This document shows positions 8,603-17,983 of a stretch of DNA of 32,000 bases, one piece after another. Positions within the stretch are counted from its first letter, which is position 1; every line of letters begins with the position of its first letter. The stretch covers positions 1,200,001 to 1,232,000 of the forward strand of contig NZ_CP074694.1 in the NCBI RefSeq assembly GCF_018398935.1. Direction: 5' to 3'. The notes beneath the pieces are model-generated. The model saw only the letters and a list, made by a program, of their open reading frames with translations. It did not search any database and was not told the DNA's origin. The position numbers were made by a program, and so were the translations under genes. This DNA comes from Telmatocola sphagniphila (lineage in GTDB: Bacteria > Planctomycetota > Planctomycetia > Gemmatales > Gemmataceae).

Positions 8603-9445
8603 TCACTTAGCGAGATCTTCGCTCAAGCTCGATTCGTAGGCGTAGCGAGTGCCTTCGCCCTGATAGTTTTCGACGATTTTCCTTCCGACCAGTCGGCACC
8701 CGATATATCGGCCCGACTGGTTATGGAAGTAGACATCCCCTTCCGCTAAATACTTCAATAACGGTATGGCATCGATCCCCGTCGGGAAGTCCGCTATCGA
8801 AGTGCTCAGATGAATCTTCTGCATCTGATTGGCATCTCCCGTATATTCGCATTTCTGAGAGGCTTTATACTTCTCGCCCGTACCAGCCGGGGGAGGTAAT
8901 TCAATTTCAAAGTCGCGTTTCCAGGTAGCACCCATGGCCATTTCCTTTTCAGGAAGCATGATCTTAAACGGCAGATCGATTTGAAAACCTTTGGCAGAGG
9001 TCTGCTTGGTTTCTTTCACTTCGGTAACGATACCCTTGGGGTTCACTACCACGACCGCCAGAGTCTGATTGATGAACTTTTTGAACTCAGCTTCGTTACT
9101 GGGGTTGGCAGGATCGGGTTTTTCGGAATCGAATACAGTAGGAGCGTCCTTGCCATTACTGCGTTCGAGTCGCATCCGGCTTATCGACAGTTCCATGACC
9201 CCGGAACCATCTTTTAAAACATCGCGAACCTTCCAGTGCTTAAGAACCGAAAGTTTGCTTTGGAGTTTGTTGGTTACCGGTTTTTTGGTGTTCTCGTCAA
9301 TGTTGGTATCTTCGATCTGAGTCAATTGCTCGATCTTGAACTGATACTCATCCCCAATCTTGTATTTGAAGCTGGCGGGAGTCTGAGCCGACACCGTCGA
9401 AGCGACCGGGAAAAATACCAATCCTAGAAGAATGAATCGCAGCAT
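8603..9445 (-). CDS. Secreted protein of unknown function (signal peptide)
   Basis: The internal ATG at 9445 gives the signal peptide MLRFILLGLVFFPVASTVSA|QT. The ORF track extends to 9502. The mature N-terminus FKYKIGDEYQFKI resembles KAKIGDYVIFKM of the 6805 ORF. Confidence 0.75.
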   Translation of the reverse strand: MLRFILLGLVFFPVASTVSAQTPASFKYKIGDEYQFKIEQLTQIEDTNIDENTKKPVTNKLQSKLSVLKHWKVRDVLKDGSGVMELSISRMRLERSNGKDAPTVFDSEKPDPANPSNEAEFKKFINQTLAVVVVNPKGIVTEVKETKQTSAKGFQIDLPFKIMLPEKEMAMGATWKRDFEIELPPPAGTGEKYKASQKCEYTGDANQMQKIHLSTSIADFPTGIDAIPLLKYLAEGDVYFHNQSGRYIGCRLVGRKIVENYQGEGTRYAYESSLSEDLAK

Positions 9446-9504
9446 AGAATTTCCCCCAATTAAACTCTCTGGCTGAATATCACAGGGAGGAAAATGCCGC
9501 AAGA

Positions 9505-10329
9505 TTATCTGATCTGATCCAGAAACGATACCAACTCTGCATAAAACAGGTCGGGGATCAAGTCATTGTGCCGAGATCCCACCAAGGCGACGAACTTTTT
9601 AGGATTGTTCGCTGCTTCGAATAATTCCTGGCCGTGCTGGAAAGGGACGAGTTGATCTCTCGTGCCGCTGAATAGGATCACGGGCACATGAAGTTGACCG
9701 ATTTTGCCTAGATTATCGAACCGATTGGACATCAACGTGAATGTGGGAAGCATGGGATAGAGGTTTTTCGCCGCGGCAGGAAGCGACGTGAATGTTTTTA
9801 ACAAAACCAGCGCCCTTGGGGGAACAACCCGCGATTGTTCCACGGCTACGCCGCCACCCAGGGATTCGCCCAGATAGACTAGCTTGTTGGGATCGATCAG
9901 ACCTCTTTGAATGTAGTCCTGAATGACGCTTGTCGCCGATTCGTAGCAACTTTTTTCGTCGGGGCTTCCAGTCGATAAGCCATAGCCGGGGTAATCGAAG
10001 ACCATCGTGGAGGCCTTCAACAGTTCCGCGAAGCGAGCCATTCGGCTGCCATAGAAACTCAGGTTGCCGGCATTGCCATGAAAAATAACGATATGCCATC
10101 GGGCATTCGGGACGGGCATCCACCAGGAATGGATTTTGTTGCCGGAAGGCGTTTCGCAGAACGATTCTGCGATCCGCTCCTTGGGAATCGGCTCCATCTC
10201 CGAATCCCCGCGGAATACCAATTTCCGCTCTATGAATTGTTTGAAAGCAAAGAACATGATGAGAAAGAACCCGTAGAAGTAAACCCTTCGCCAGAACCAG
10301 TGTTTTTTCGAGCGACCGAACCAGGACAT
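9505..10329 (-). CDS. Membrane-anchored alpha/beta-fold serine hydrolase (Bem46/ABHD13-like)
   Basis: The ATG at 10329 lies 5 nt after AGGAG. The ORF track GTG is at 10344. N-terminal TM VYFYGFFLIMFFAF. Oxyanion region HGNAGN, nucleophile elbow GESLGGG, acid TRDQLV, His in SRHND. Confidence 0.85.
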   Translation of the reverse strand: MSWFGRSKKHWFWRRVYFYGFFLIMFFAFKQFIERKLVFRGDSEMEPIPKERIAESFCETPSGNKIHSWWMPVPNARWHIVIFHGNAGNLSFYGSRMARFAELLKASTMVFDYPGYGLSTGSPDEKSCYESATSVIQDYIQRGLIDPNKLVYLGESLGGGVAVEQSRVVPPRALVLLKTFTSLPAAAKNLYPMLPTFTLMSNRFDNLGKIGQLHVPVILFSGTRDQLVPFQHGQELFEAANNPKKFVALVGSRHNDLIPDLFYAELVSFLDQIR

Positions 10330-10348
10330 GATGGCTCCTGCCACGGTT

Positions 10349-12043
10349 TTAAACTGCCTTTGCCCTAACGCGGCTCCAAATCAGGCAACCGAACAGGCAG
10401 AGGAAGCAAATCCCCGGTACCCAATCTCCGAATCGTACATAGATGGTTTTATCCGTCGCTGTGTCGTAAAGCTTTAGTGTGTCGGAAACAATTGCCTGCA
10501 CTTTTTTACTGCTGGAATAGTTGTCGCCAGGAAGCTTTTTAACGACACCGAATTCATCTATAACCGCAGAAATTCCCATGTTCACGGCCCGCACAACGGG
10601 ACGCCGGGTTTCAATGGCGCGGAAGCGGCAAATAGAAAGATGTTCCTCGTGCTCGGAAGTGCCGTTGAACCAGCCGTCGTTCGATATGTTGACGAGGAAA
10701 TCGAGCGGTTCGCCCGCATCAATCGAACGACTAACGGCTTCTCGGGCCATGGAAGCATCGGAGTCTTCGTAACAAATCATCACACCGAAATGGAAATCTC
10801 TATCTTCTTTTTTTAGATCAAACCGAGTCCAGGTTTCGCCCGGTTTGCAGCTATAGTCGTGATCGTAAGGAGTGAACATTTTCATCCAGGGAAAAGTCTG
10901 GCGGAGCGGCACGTATTCCCCGAACGGAACCAGATGCATTTTGTCGTACCGCTGATCCCGAGTTCCGTCTTCATTGAGGAATAAGGCGGAGTTGTACTTC
11001 CACTCGACTTCTTTCGATTCGTAAACGAGTCCGTTCAGCCCGACCAGAATATTCGAGTGAAACCGATTCGTCAGATACTCGCGCAGCATCGCCTGACGCT
11101 TGGAAAATTCAACAGGAAGCGAAGCTCTTTTACTTGGAGTTTCCGCATCCAACCATTCGTCCGGGCAGGTAGTCTCCGGCCAAATAATCAAGTCGGGGCG
11201 CTCTCGAGCCGCCGCATCTCCTAGGCTCAAAAATTGATGGAGCATTTCGTCACCCCGGGCGTTCTTGATGTCCTGCGGAATGTTGGTTTGAATCAGTTTA
11301 ACTTTTAGTTCGTGCGAAAGAGTGCTTTTGAGGGAGACTGCATCGTTAATTCCATCATTAATCGCAGAGAAATGAACCCCGATCACAACTAGAAGAGCAC
11401 CCACTGTGGCTAGAATTAAACTTCGGCGATTGGAATAGACCATTTTTGAACTGGCGCTCAGATATCTTTGAATCCAAAGAGCCAGAACGCAATTGACCAG
11501 CACCAGGACCCAGGTCAAACCGTAAATACCCGTATACTTGGCGAGTTGACTGAAAAGAAAATTATCCCGTTGGCTATAGCCCAGGTGGTACCAGCCGAAG
11601 CCGACGTGCGTGCGAAATCCGATCGATTCCAGGAATGAAAACCCCGTCGGGAAATGACTTCGAATGTATTCCCCGAGCGTCCAGATCATCGGCAGAACGA
11701 ACCAGAGAGGAAGCCCTTTTCGTACGAGCGAGCGGGTCAAAAGCATCACTACAATCAGATAGAAAGTGCAGTAGAGTGCCAGTCCCAACCAGGTGGCGTA
11801 CATGGCCGGATGAGCGACTCGCATCCATTGCAATACAGGAACGTAAAAGGCCAAACCGGCGAATAAAGAAGTGAGTATGGCCTGTCGACGCGTTTCACTA
11901 TTGAGGACCGCAATCAGCAAGGGCACCAGAGCAACCCAACCCAGCACCAGGCCCAAATTCAAAGGATAGAAACAGGCGTAGAGCATTAAACCGCTGAGGA
12001 GACTTAGGAGATTTCGCGTTCGGGAGCAGTTACAGTTCATCAC
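10349..12043 (-). CDS. lnt: Apolipoprotein N-acyltransferase
   Basis: Multi-TM N-terminal half followed by a CN-hydrolase domain with the catalytic triad context IWPET (Glu), YDKMHLVPFGEYVP (Lys) and VMICYEDS (Cys). The start is either GTG 12043 or the adjacent ATG 12040. Confidence 0.9.
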   Translation of the reverse strand: MMNCNCSRTRNLLSLLSGLMLYACFYPLNLGLVLGWVALVPLLIAVLNSETRRQAILTSLFAGLAFYVPVLQWMRVAHPAMYATWLGLALYCTFYLIVVMLLTRSLVRKGLPLWFVLPMIWTLGEYIRSHFPTGFSFLESIGFRTHVGFGWYHLGYSQRDNFLFSQLAKYTGIYGLTWVLVLVNCVLALWIQRYLSASSKMVYSNRRSLILATVGALLVVIGVHFSAINDGINDAVSLKSTLSHELKVKLIQTNIPQDIKNARGDEMLHQFLSLGDAAARERPDLIIWPETTCPDEWLDAETPSKRASLPVEFSKRQAMLREYLTNRFHSNILVGLNGLVYESKEVEWKYNSALFLNEDGTRDQRYDKMHLVPFGEYVPLRQTFPWMKMFTPYDHDYSCKPGETWTRFDLKKEDRDFHFGVMICYEDSDASMAREAVSRSIDAGEPLDFLVNISNDGWFNGTSEHEEHLSICRFRAIETRRPVVRAVNMGISAVIDEFGVVKKLPGDNYSSSKKVQAIVSDTLKLYDTATDKTIYVRFGDWVPGICFLCLFGCLIWSRVRAKAV

Positions 12044-12062
12044 ACGTCCTGCGTTAAGATCT

Positions 12063-13259
12063 TCAATTCATTCGGAAGGCAGTGACACGCTCACCGGGCG
12101 CTAATTTCACCGGGCCGGCGGGGACTGCTAATAGCACATTGGCTTCCTTGTACGCCAGCAGATTGGCCGATCCTGCCCAGGGAATCGGTCGAATCAATTC
12201 CATGCCTTCCTGAACGAGTAGGCGGCCTGGGAGGTAAGTCGGCCGGTCGTTATCCGTTATCAACGATTCAGACAGTGGGAGCAATACCTTTTTAGGCTCA
12301 CACTCTATCTCTCCACGTAACTTTCTTAAAACCGGCTCGACGAAGAGAATGAAGCTGACCAGCGAACTGACCGGGTTTCCGGGAAGGCCGAAGACCAGAC
12401 ATTTGCCCAATTTACCAAAGAGTAGCGGCTTACCCGGCTTCATCGCTATTTTGTGAAAATAGATCTCGGTTGCGAGTTCGGCCAGAATTCTCGGAATCAG
12501 ATCATGGCTGCCCATGGAAACGCCGCCCGAGATCAGAACAATATCCGCCCGTTCACTTCCCCGAGCAATTTCCGTTTTTAATTTTTCTTCCTCGTCCGGG
12601 ATGATTCCCAGATAAGTGGCTTCGGCTCCCACTTGTTCGGCCAGTGCCGTGAGCATCGGTCCGTTGCTATTTCGAATCTGGCTTCCAACCGGTTGCTGGT
12701 GGGGTTCGACGATTTCATTTCCTGAGCTGAATACGCAAATCCGAGGTATGGGATAGCATGGGAGTTCCGTCTGACCAATACTGGAAAGCAATCCTACTAC
12801 AGCCGGATTTAGGACGAGACCCTGGGGGAGTATGACATCGCCGCACTTATATTCCGTGCCCCGTTTTAAGATGTTTTTGCCCGGTTTCGGAGGCGCGGAA
12901 TTATTCCGAATTCGCCGGTTGGCCGATTCCGTCAGCACCTCTACTGGAATGACGGCATCTGCTCCGATGGGTACAGAGGCACCCGTCATGATTCGCATTG
13001 CTTGACCGGTTAGAAGCGTTCGTGGGAGAGAATCGCCGGCCAGGATCGTGTTCGAAAGTTCATAATCTGGGCCCGGTTCGGAAGTATTAACTGCGATCCC
13101 ATCCATCATCGATTTATCGAATGGAGGTGAGTCACGATCCGCAAGTAAATCTTCCGCAAGTACGAGCCCCAGAATCTCCCGACCCAGGTTGAATTGCACC
13201 GGTTTGAGACGGTGAGCCTGATTCAAAACAATTTGCAGAGCGTCAGAAACAGATAGCAT
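12063..13259 (-). CDS. moeA: Molybdopterin molybdenumtransferase MoeA
   Basis: The ATG at 13259 lies 7 nt after GGAGGAG (a TTG one codon upstream is in the ORF track). MoeA hallmarks: N-terminal LSVSDALQIV, MDGIAV, ISGGVSMGSHD, FGLPGNPVSS. Confidence 0.9.
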   Translation of the reverse strand: MLSVSDALQIVLNQAHRLKPVQFNLGREILGLVLAEDLLADRDSPPFDKSMMDGIAVNTSEPGPDYELSNTILAGDSLPRTLLTGQAMRIMTGASVPIGADAVIPVEVLTESANRRIRNNSAPPKPGKNILKRGTEYKCGDVILPQGLVLNPAVVGLLSSIGQTELPCYPIPRICVFSSGNEIVEPHQQPVGSQIRNSNGPMLTALAEQVGAEATYLGIIPDEEEKLKTEIARGSERADIVLISGGVSMGSHDLIPRILAELATEIYFHKIAMKPGKPLLFGKLGKCLVFGLPGNPVSSLVSFILFVEPVLRKLRGEIECEPKKVLLPLSESLITDNDRPTYLPGRLLVQEGMELIRPIPWAGSANLLAYKEANVLLAVPAGPVKLAPGERVTAFRMN

Positions 13260-13297
13260 CAAAAATCTCCTCCGGGGGAGATTTTACCAAGGCTCGA

Positions 13298-15007
13298 TTA
13301 GAACTCCATGGTGTTTAGTCGTCGGATGCCGGCTCGCATGGGAAAACCAAAGGCAATCCCAGCCATGATAATCCCAATCGGAAGGCCTGCGAAGGTCCAC
13401 CAGGATTGAGCCTTTAACTGGGTGATAGCGGTGGATGCATATGCAATGTGGTACGGGCCGCAGATCAGGGCCACACAGAGCACCATGTAACCGAAACCGG
13501 TGACCGTGAACATAGTTCCGCCGAAGCCAACGACGATTTTGGAGGGATCGGACTCGCGAAAGTTCGGCATCCAGGCGCTGATGCCAACTGCCATGCCGCA
13601 CAAACCCACTACCATGATAAACATTGCGAACAGGTGAATGCCCAGGGCCGTCCAAGGCATATTGAGGACGAGATCGCTTAGCAGTACCATGCCTAAACCG
13701 AACAGGAGTGTTCCCGTTAAAGCGAAGGCAAACTTGCCCCAAAGCAATTTTTCCCTTTTCAATGGTAACAGACCGAGAATCCAGAACTTCCGACCTTCGA
13801 GACTGATCAACGGGTAGATGAATCTGCCCAGATAGGCGCAGATTAATAAACCGGTCGCCGAGAGGTTCAGTAGGCTCAGGCCATGCTGATACGCAATTGG
13901 AATATCGGCTTTGAAAAACTGCCTCGAATTCATGACGCACATCAGCAGAAGCACGGCGAACAGACTGAGTTGACCGACTTGCGCAGGTTCCCGACGAAAC
14001 GTTCTGAAATCCTTGATAATCATAGTCTTGGTCTGGGTATCCAGGAACCAGACGAACTTGAGCATAATCCGATCCAGGATCGACTCCCCATATTTTCGAT
14101 GCGGTCCTCCGAGTGTCGAGATCCGATTATATCCGCGCCGATAAACCTGTTTCGCCAGTGCGGCCGCCAGCAGAAATAGAAAAAGCCCATTGCTCCAGAT
14201 TAAAGCGAGGTGATAGCCTGCTTCGGCCAGTTCCCCCCGGGCAAGTTCGAGAAGTCCCTTACTCATCCAGTGGCTGGGCATATAACGATTTCGGGCCAGC
14301 CAGAACATATCGAAAATCGATTGCAGGGCATCCCTATTGCCGCTCACGCCCGTTCTCAGAGTAACGAACATCCGGATCAGCCAGATAACTACTCCGACTG
14401 ATAAGATCACCAGACTCAAAATCAGAAAAAGCTTTTTTTGCCGCGGTAGGAGATTCACTATCCCCAAACAGACTAGGCTGCCAACGGCACCGGGGATGAT
14501 AATGAACCCGCCGAGAAAGAAGGGGATGCCGAGAAAAAACCATACGCTGACTTCAAAGGTGATCCCATAGGCAATCAGAATGGGCACCCCGAGTACCAGA
14601 AAAGCCCAGCTACTGAAGCCTATGGCACTTTGAAATTTCGTCGTGAAAATATGATCGGCACGAGCAGGTGTAGTCAAAAGATAGCGAGTTTCCACACCGG
14701 TAAACAGACTGGCATAGACGATCAATCCGGTGGAAAGGATGAGCATCGTTCCGAGAGTGAAAAACAGACTGTCAAACAGTAGCTCCAGGATTCCGCCGGC
14801 CGCGGCGACTTTGTTCTGATTCACCAGAGTGAAGCCAGAATAACTCGCCCCGAATACGGCTCCCCAGACCAGAATTCCGCAGCTGATGATGGTGATGACG
14901 CGAATTCTTGAACTCGACAGGAGTTGCCGGCTAGAGTTGCGCAACAACGTCAGCCGTAAACCCCGGAAGATGGCCGGTTGGGGCAGGGGGGTATGGGATG
15001 AAGTCAT
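13298..15007 (-). CDS. Large polytopic ABC exporter permease (putative, family unassigned)
   Basis: 569 aa that are almost entirely hydrophobic helices (I count at least 10). Its ATG overlaps the upstream ATPase stop (ATGA), implying translational coupling. Confidence 0.8.
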   Translation of the reverse strand: MTSSHTPLPQPAIFRGLRLTLLRNSSRQLLSSSRIRVITIISCGILVWGAVFGASYSGFTLVNQNKVAAAGGILELLFDSLFFTLGTMLILSTGLIVYASLFTGVETRYLLTTPARADHIFTTKFQSAIGFSSWAFLVLGVPILIAYGITFEVSVWFFLGIPFFLGGFIIIPGAVGSLVCLGIVNLLPRQKKLFLILSLVILSVGVVIWLIRMFVTLRTGVSGNRDALQSIFDMFWLARNRYMPSHWMSKGLLELARGELAEAGYHLALIWSNGLFLFLLAAALAKQVYRRGYNRISTLGGPHRKYGESILDRIMLKFVWFLDTQTKTMIIKDFRTFRREPAQVGQLSLFAVLLLMCVMNSRQFFKADIPIAYQHGLSLLNLSATGLLICAYLGRFIYPLISLEGRKFWILGLLPLKREKLLWGKFAFALTGTLLFGLGMVLLSDLVLNMPWTALGIHLFAMFIMVVGLCGMAVGISAWMPNFRESDPSKIVVGFGGTMFTVTGFGYMVLCVALICGPYHIAYASTAITQLKAQSWWTFAGLPIGIIMAGIAFGFPMRAGIRRLNTMEF

Positions 15008-15750
15008 GCTGCAGCCTCCTGCTCGTTTGTCGACTCCTCGGTGATCTTGAGGAAGACCTCTTCCAGCGATCCCGCCAGGCTGGCTTGCTTGCGAAGTTCA
15101 TCCAGGCTGCCGCAGCCGATCAAACGGCCATGATCCACAATTCCGATGCGGTCTCCCAACTCCTGGGCCACATCGAGGGCGTGCGTGGAGAGGAAAACCG
15201 TCGTACCCCGACAAGCCTCCTCGCGGAGAAGGTCTTTCAGCAATCGAATCGATTTGGGATCGAGACCCACCGTCGGCTCGTCCACAATCAGGATTTTGGG
15301 CTGGTGGACCATCGCCGCGGCAAATACCGTCCTCTGACGCATGCCGTGAGAATAACGTTCGCTGAGATCGTCGACGAATTCCTGCATTCGAAACAGGGCG
15401 ATCATCTCTTCGATTCGATCTGCCGATTGCGAACGCGGCATGCCGTATAAATCGGCGGTGAACGTCAGAAATTCCCGGCCCGATAATTTCTCGTAGAGAT
15501 AGGGCTGATCGGGGACGTAGCTGATTAGTTGGCGGGCTTTGTCGCCATCTTTCTGTATTTCATATCCACCGATGTGGATGCTTCCGGAGCTGGGGAAAAG
15601 GAGCCCGCAGATCATCTTGATCGTGGTGGTCTTGCCTGCGCCATTGGGGCCCAAGAACGCGAAGAGTTCTCCGGCGGCAATGGATAGGTTCATATCTCTT
15701 ACGGCGACTTTGTCACCGTAGAGTTTGCTGACATTTTTTAATTCAATCAT
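15004..15750 (-). CDS. ABC transporter ATP-binding protein (ABC-2/DrrA-like)
   Basis: Walker A GPNGAGKTT, Q-loop, signature variant YSHGMRQR, Walker B ILIVDEPTVGLD, H-loop STHAL. Confidence 0.94.
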   Translation of the reverse strand: MIELKNVSKLYGDKVAVRDMNLSIAAGELFAFLGPNGAGKTTTIKMICGLLFPSSGSIHIGGYEIQKDGDKARQLISYVPDQPYLYEKLSGREFLTFTADLYGMPRSQSADRIEEMIALFRMQEFVDDLSERYSHGMRQRTVFAAAMVHQPKILIVDEPTVGLDPKSIRLLKDLLREEACRGTTVFLSTHALDVAQELGDRIGIVDHGRLIGCGSLDELRKQASLAGSLEEVFLKITEESTNEQEAAA

Positions 15751-15768
15751 GGGAGAGCTCGATTTCCG

Positions 15769-16700
15769 TTAGTTGTCTCGTACGAGTTTCAGCTTCTCGC
15801 CAAAACCGGTGGCTTCCTGCTGTAATACTTTACCATCCGAGATGCGTACCCACGTCCGTCCGGTAACGCTGTCGTTGCGATATTCGATCACCTGGCAGTT
15901 CTCCTGGACATCCTTCCACAACAATTGTTGAGGTTCTGCCAGTACTTCCGCAATTATCTCGGGGGCTTGTCGACTTTTCAGCGTTTCCAGGGGAAGTTCC
16001 AATTTCGCCTGCTTCGCAAGATTATTAAGCGTTTGGAAGGTCGCCTGGGAGATCGTTTCCGATACGGGATCAACGAGCGTCATCTTCCAGCTTCTTCCTG
16101 GGGTGAGCCCGAAGATGCGATCCTGAGGTTGCATGGGATTGAATAGATTGCCGCGCGTGACAGGAAACGGGGTCAGGTCGTTCTTGAATTCACCGAAAGG
16201 TGTTCTTAAAAAGCTTTGTCCCTGGAATTGTCCCTCCCGGACTTCCCCTTCCAGCTCCGCTTCGAAGGATAAAGATTGCGAAGAGTCCTGAGCTTGGGGG
16301 CCAATGTTGAAATAAATCTGAAACTTACCCGAAGTGCTCTGCTTGCGGAGTTGTCCGTTTCGATCGATAACGGAGACTGTTCGAATCGATGGGATATGGA
16401 CTTCGAGGTTGTACTGAAGTATTCCCATTTTCACCACCATGCTCTGGAGGCGATTCTCTATTTCAAAAGCATCTTCTTTGCCGAGGAAGCTCAACTTGGA
16501 ATTGAGATATCCCAGCTTTTTTTCACCCTGGAAGATGTTCCAACTGGTGATACGGGGGGCCGCTTCATCGGCCAGATCAACGGAAAATTCGGGACTGCTA
16601 TCGCTGGCTAACCAGGACGGCAGGAATTCGCGTTTGACGAACCAGCCCACGGTAAAAAACCAGAACAGAATGATCATTAAGGTGACAAAGCGGGAGGGCA
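15769..16700 (-). CDS. N-terminally membrane-anchored protein of unknown function
   Basis: The ATG at 16700 (GAGGT about 10 nt upstream; ORF track TTG at 16716) gives MPSRFVTLMIILFWFFTVGWFV, a single TM or uncleaved signal. The rest is soluble and beta-rich. Its C-terminus is co-linear with the secreted-protein family. It sits 18 nt upstream of the ABC ATPase on the same strand. Confidence 0.7.
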
Positions 16701-16832
16701 TGATGGTAGACCTCAAAAAGACATGTACCTTTTGTACGAAGACCGCTTCGAAAAGGTTTTCTCGGTGGTCGAGAATTCATTGGATACTAGCATAACGCAG
16801 TTAATTGAGAATTCTTGAGGGAAGATAGAGTC

Positions 16833-17936
16833 ATGATTGTCGGAGTACCGAGCGAAATCAAGTCGGATGAGTATCGTGTAGCCATGATCCCAGTCGGAGT
16901 TGAAGAATTGACCCGAGCGGGGCATAAAGTTCTCGTTCAGGCCGGGGCAGGGACTGGCAGCGGTATCTCCGACGAACGCTATGCCGAGAGTGGGGCCGAA
17001 ATCGTTCCGGATGCGGCGACGATCTGGAAGCGATCCGAAATGATCATCAAAGTGAAAGAACCGCTTTCCGATGAGTGGCCGAGCATGCAGGCCGGGCAGG
17101 TGGTTTTTACTTACTTTCATTTTGCAGCCGATGAAAAGTTGACTCGCGCGGTACTCGAAAGCGGCATCACCGCCATCGCATACGAAACTATTAAAGATGT
17201 TCGAGGTAATCTTCCGCTTCTTACACCGATGAGCGAAGTGGCAGGCCGGATGAGCATTCAGGAAGGGGCCAAATATCTGGAACGTCCTTTCCAGGGACGC
17301 GGCATTCTATTGAGTGGCATACCCGGTGTTCCTCCCGCGGAGGTCGTCGTCCTGGGGGGCGGCATTGTCGGTGCCAACGCGGCCAAGATGGCGGCCGGGT
17401 TAGGCGCAAATGTCACTTTGTTGGACATCAATCTCGATCGGCTTCGTTATCTCGATGACGTAATGCCTAAGAATGTCACCACTGTTTTCAGCGATCGCCA
17501 CAATATTCTTAAGGCCCTTGCACAGGCGGATTTGGTGATCGGCGCGGTTCTGATACCTGGTGCGCGCACTCCCATGTTGGTGCGACGCGAAGATTTGAAG
17601 AAAATGCCGCATCGTGCCGTGATCATTGATGTTGCGATCGATCAGGGGGGCTGCATCGAAACCTCCCGCCCGACCACTCACGCTCATCCGACTTACATCG
17701 TGGATGATATCGTTCACTACTGTGTGACCAATATGCCCGGGGCGGTAGGTCGAACCAGCACCTACGGACTCACCAACGTTACCCTTCCTTATGCTCTCCA
17801 ACTCGCCAATAAGGGTGTGGAAAAAGCCTCGCGGGATAACATCGCTCTGGCGCAAGGTATTAACATTCATCAGGGGCGCGTTACCAATCAGGCTGTAGCC
17901 GAGACCTTTAAACTGGGTTACTCCTCCGCGTTTTGA
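16833..17936 (+). CDS. ald: Alanine dehydrogenase
   Basis: The ATG at 16833 gives MIVGVPSEIKSDEYRVAMIPVGV, a typical Ald N-terminus. NAD-binding motif VVVLGGGIVGANAA. Full-length similarity in my reading to L-alanine dehydrogenases. Confidence 0.94.
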   Translation: MIVGVPSEIKSDEYRVAMIPVGVEELTRAGHKVLVQAGAGTGSGISDERYAESGAEIVPDAATIWKRSEMIIKVKEPLSDEWPSMQAGQVVFTYFHFAADEKLTRAVLESGITAIAYETIKDVRGNLPLLTPMSEVAGRMSIQEGAKYLERPFQGRGILLSGIPGVPPAEVVVLGGGIVGANAAKMAAGLGANVTLLDINLDRLRYLDDVMPKNVTTVFSDRHNILKALAQADLVIGAVLIPGARTPMLVRREDLKKMPHRAVIIDVAIDQGGCIETSRPTTHAHPTYIVDDIVHYCVTNMPGAVGRTSTYGLTNVTLPYALQLANKGVEKASRDNIALAQGINIHQGRVTNQAVAETFKLGYSSAF

Positions 17937-17983
17937 GAGAAGAATGGATTTCCGTCTTTCTGGAAGTCCAAATTGAATACGCC

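Noticed and set aside
13284-13940. 218-aa minus-strand ORF overlapping the ABC permease in another frame
   Set aside because: It lies entirely inside the 569-aa permease ORF, whose hydrophobic periodicity and ATGA coupling to the ATPase mark it as the real frame.
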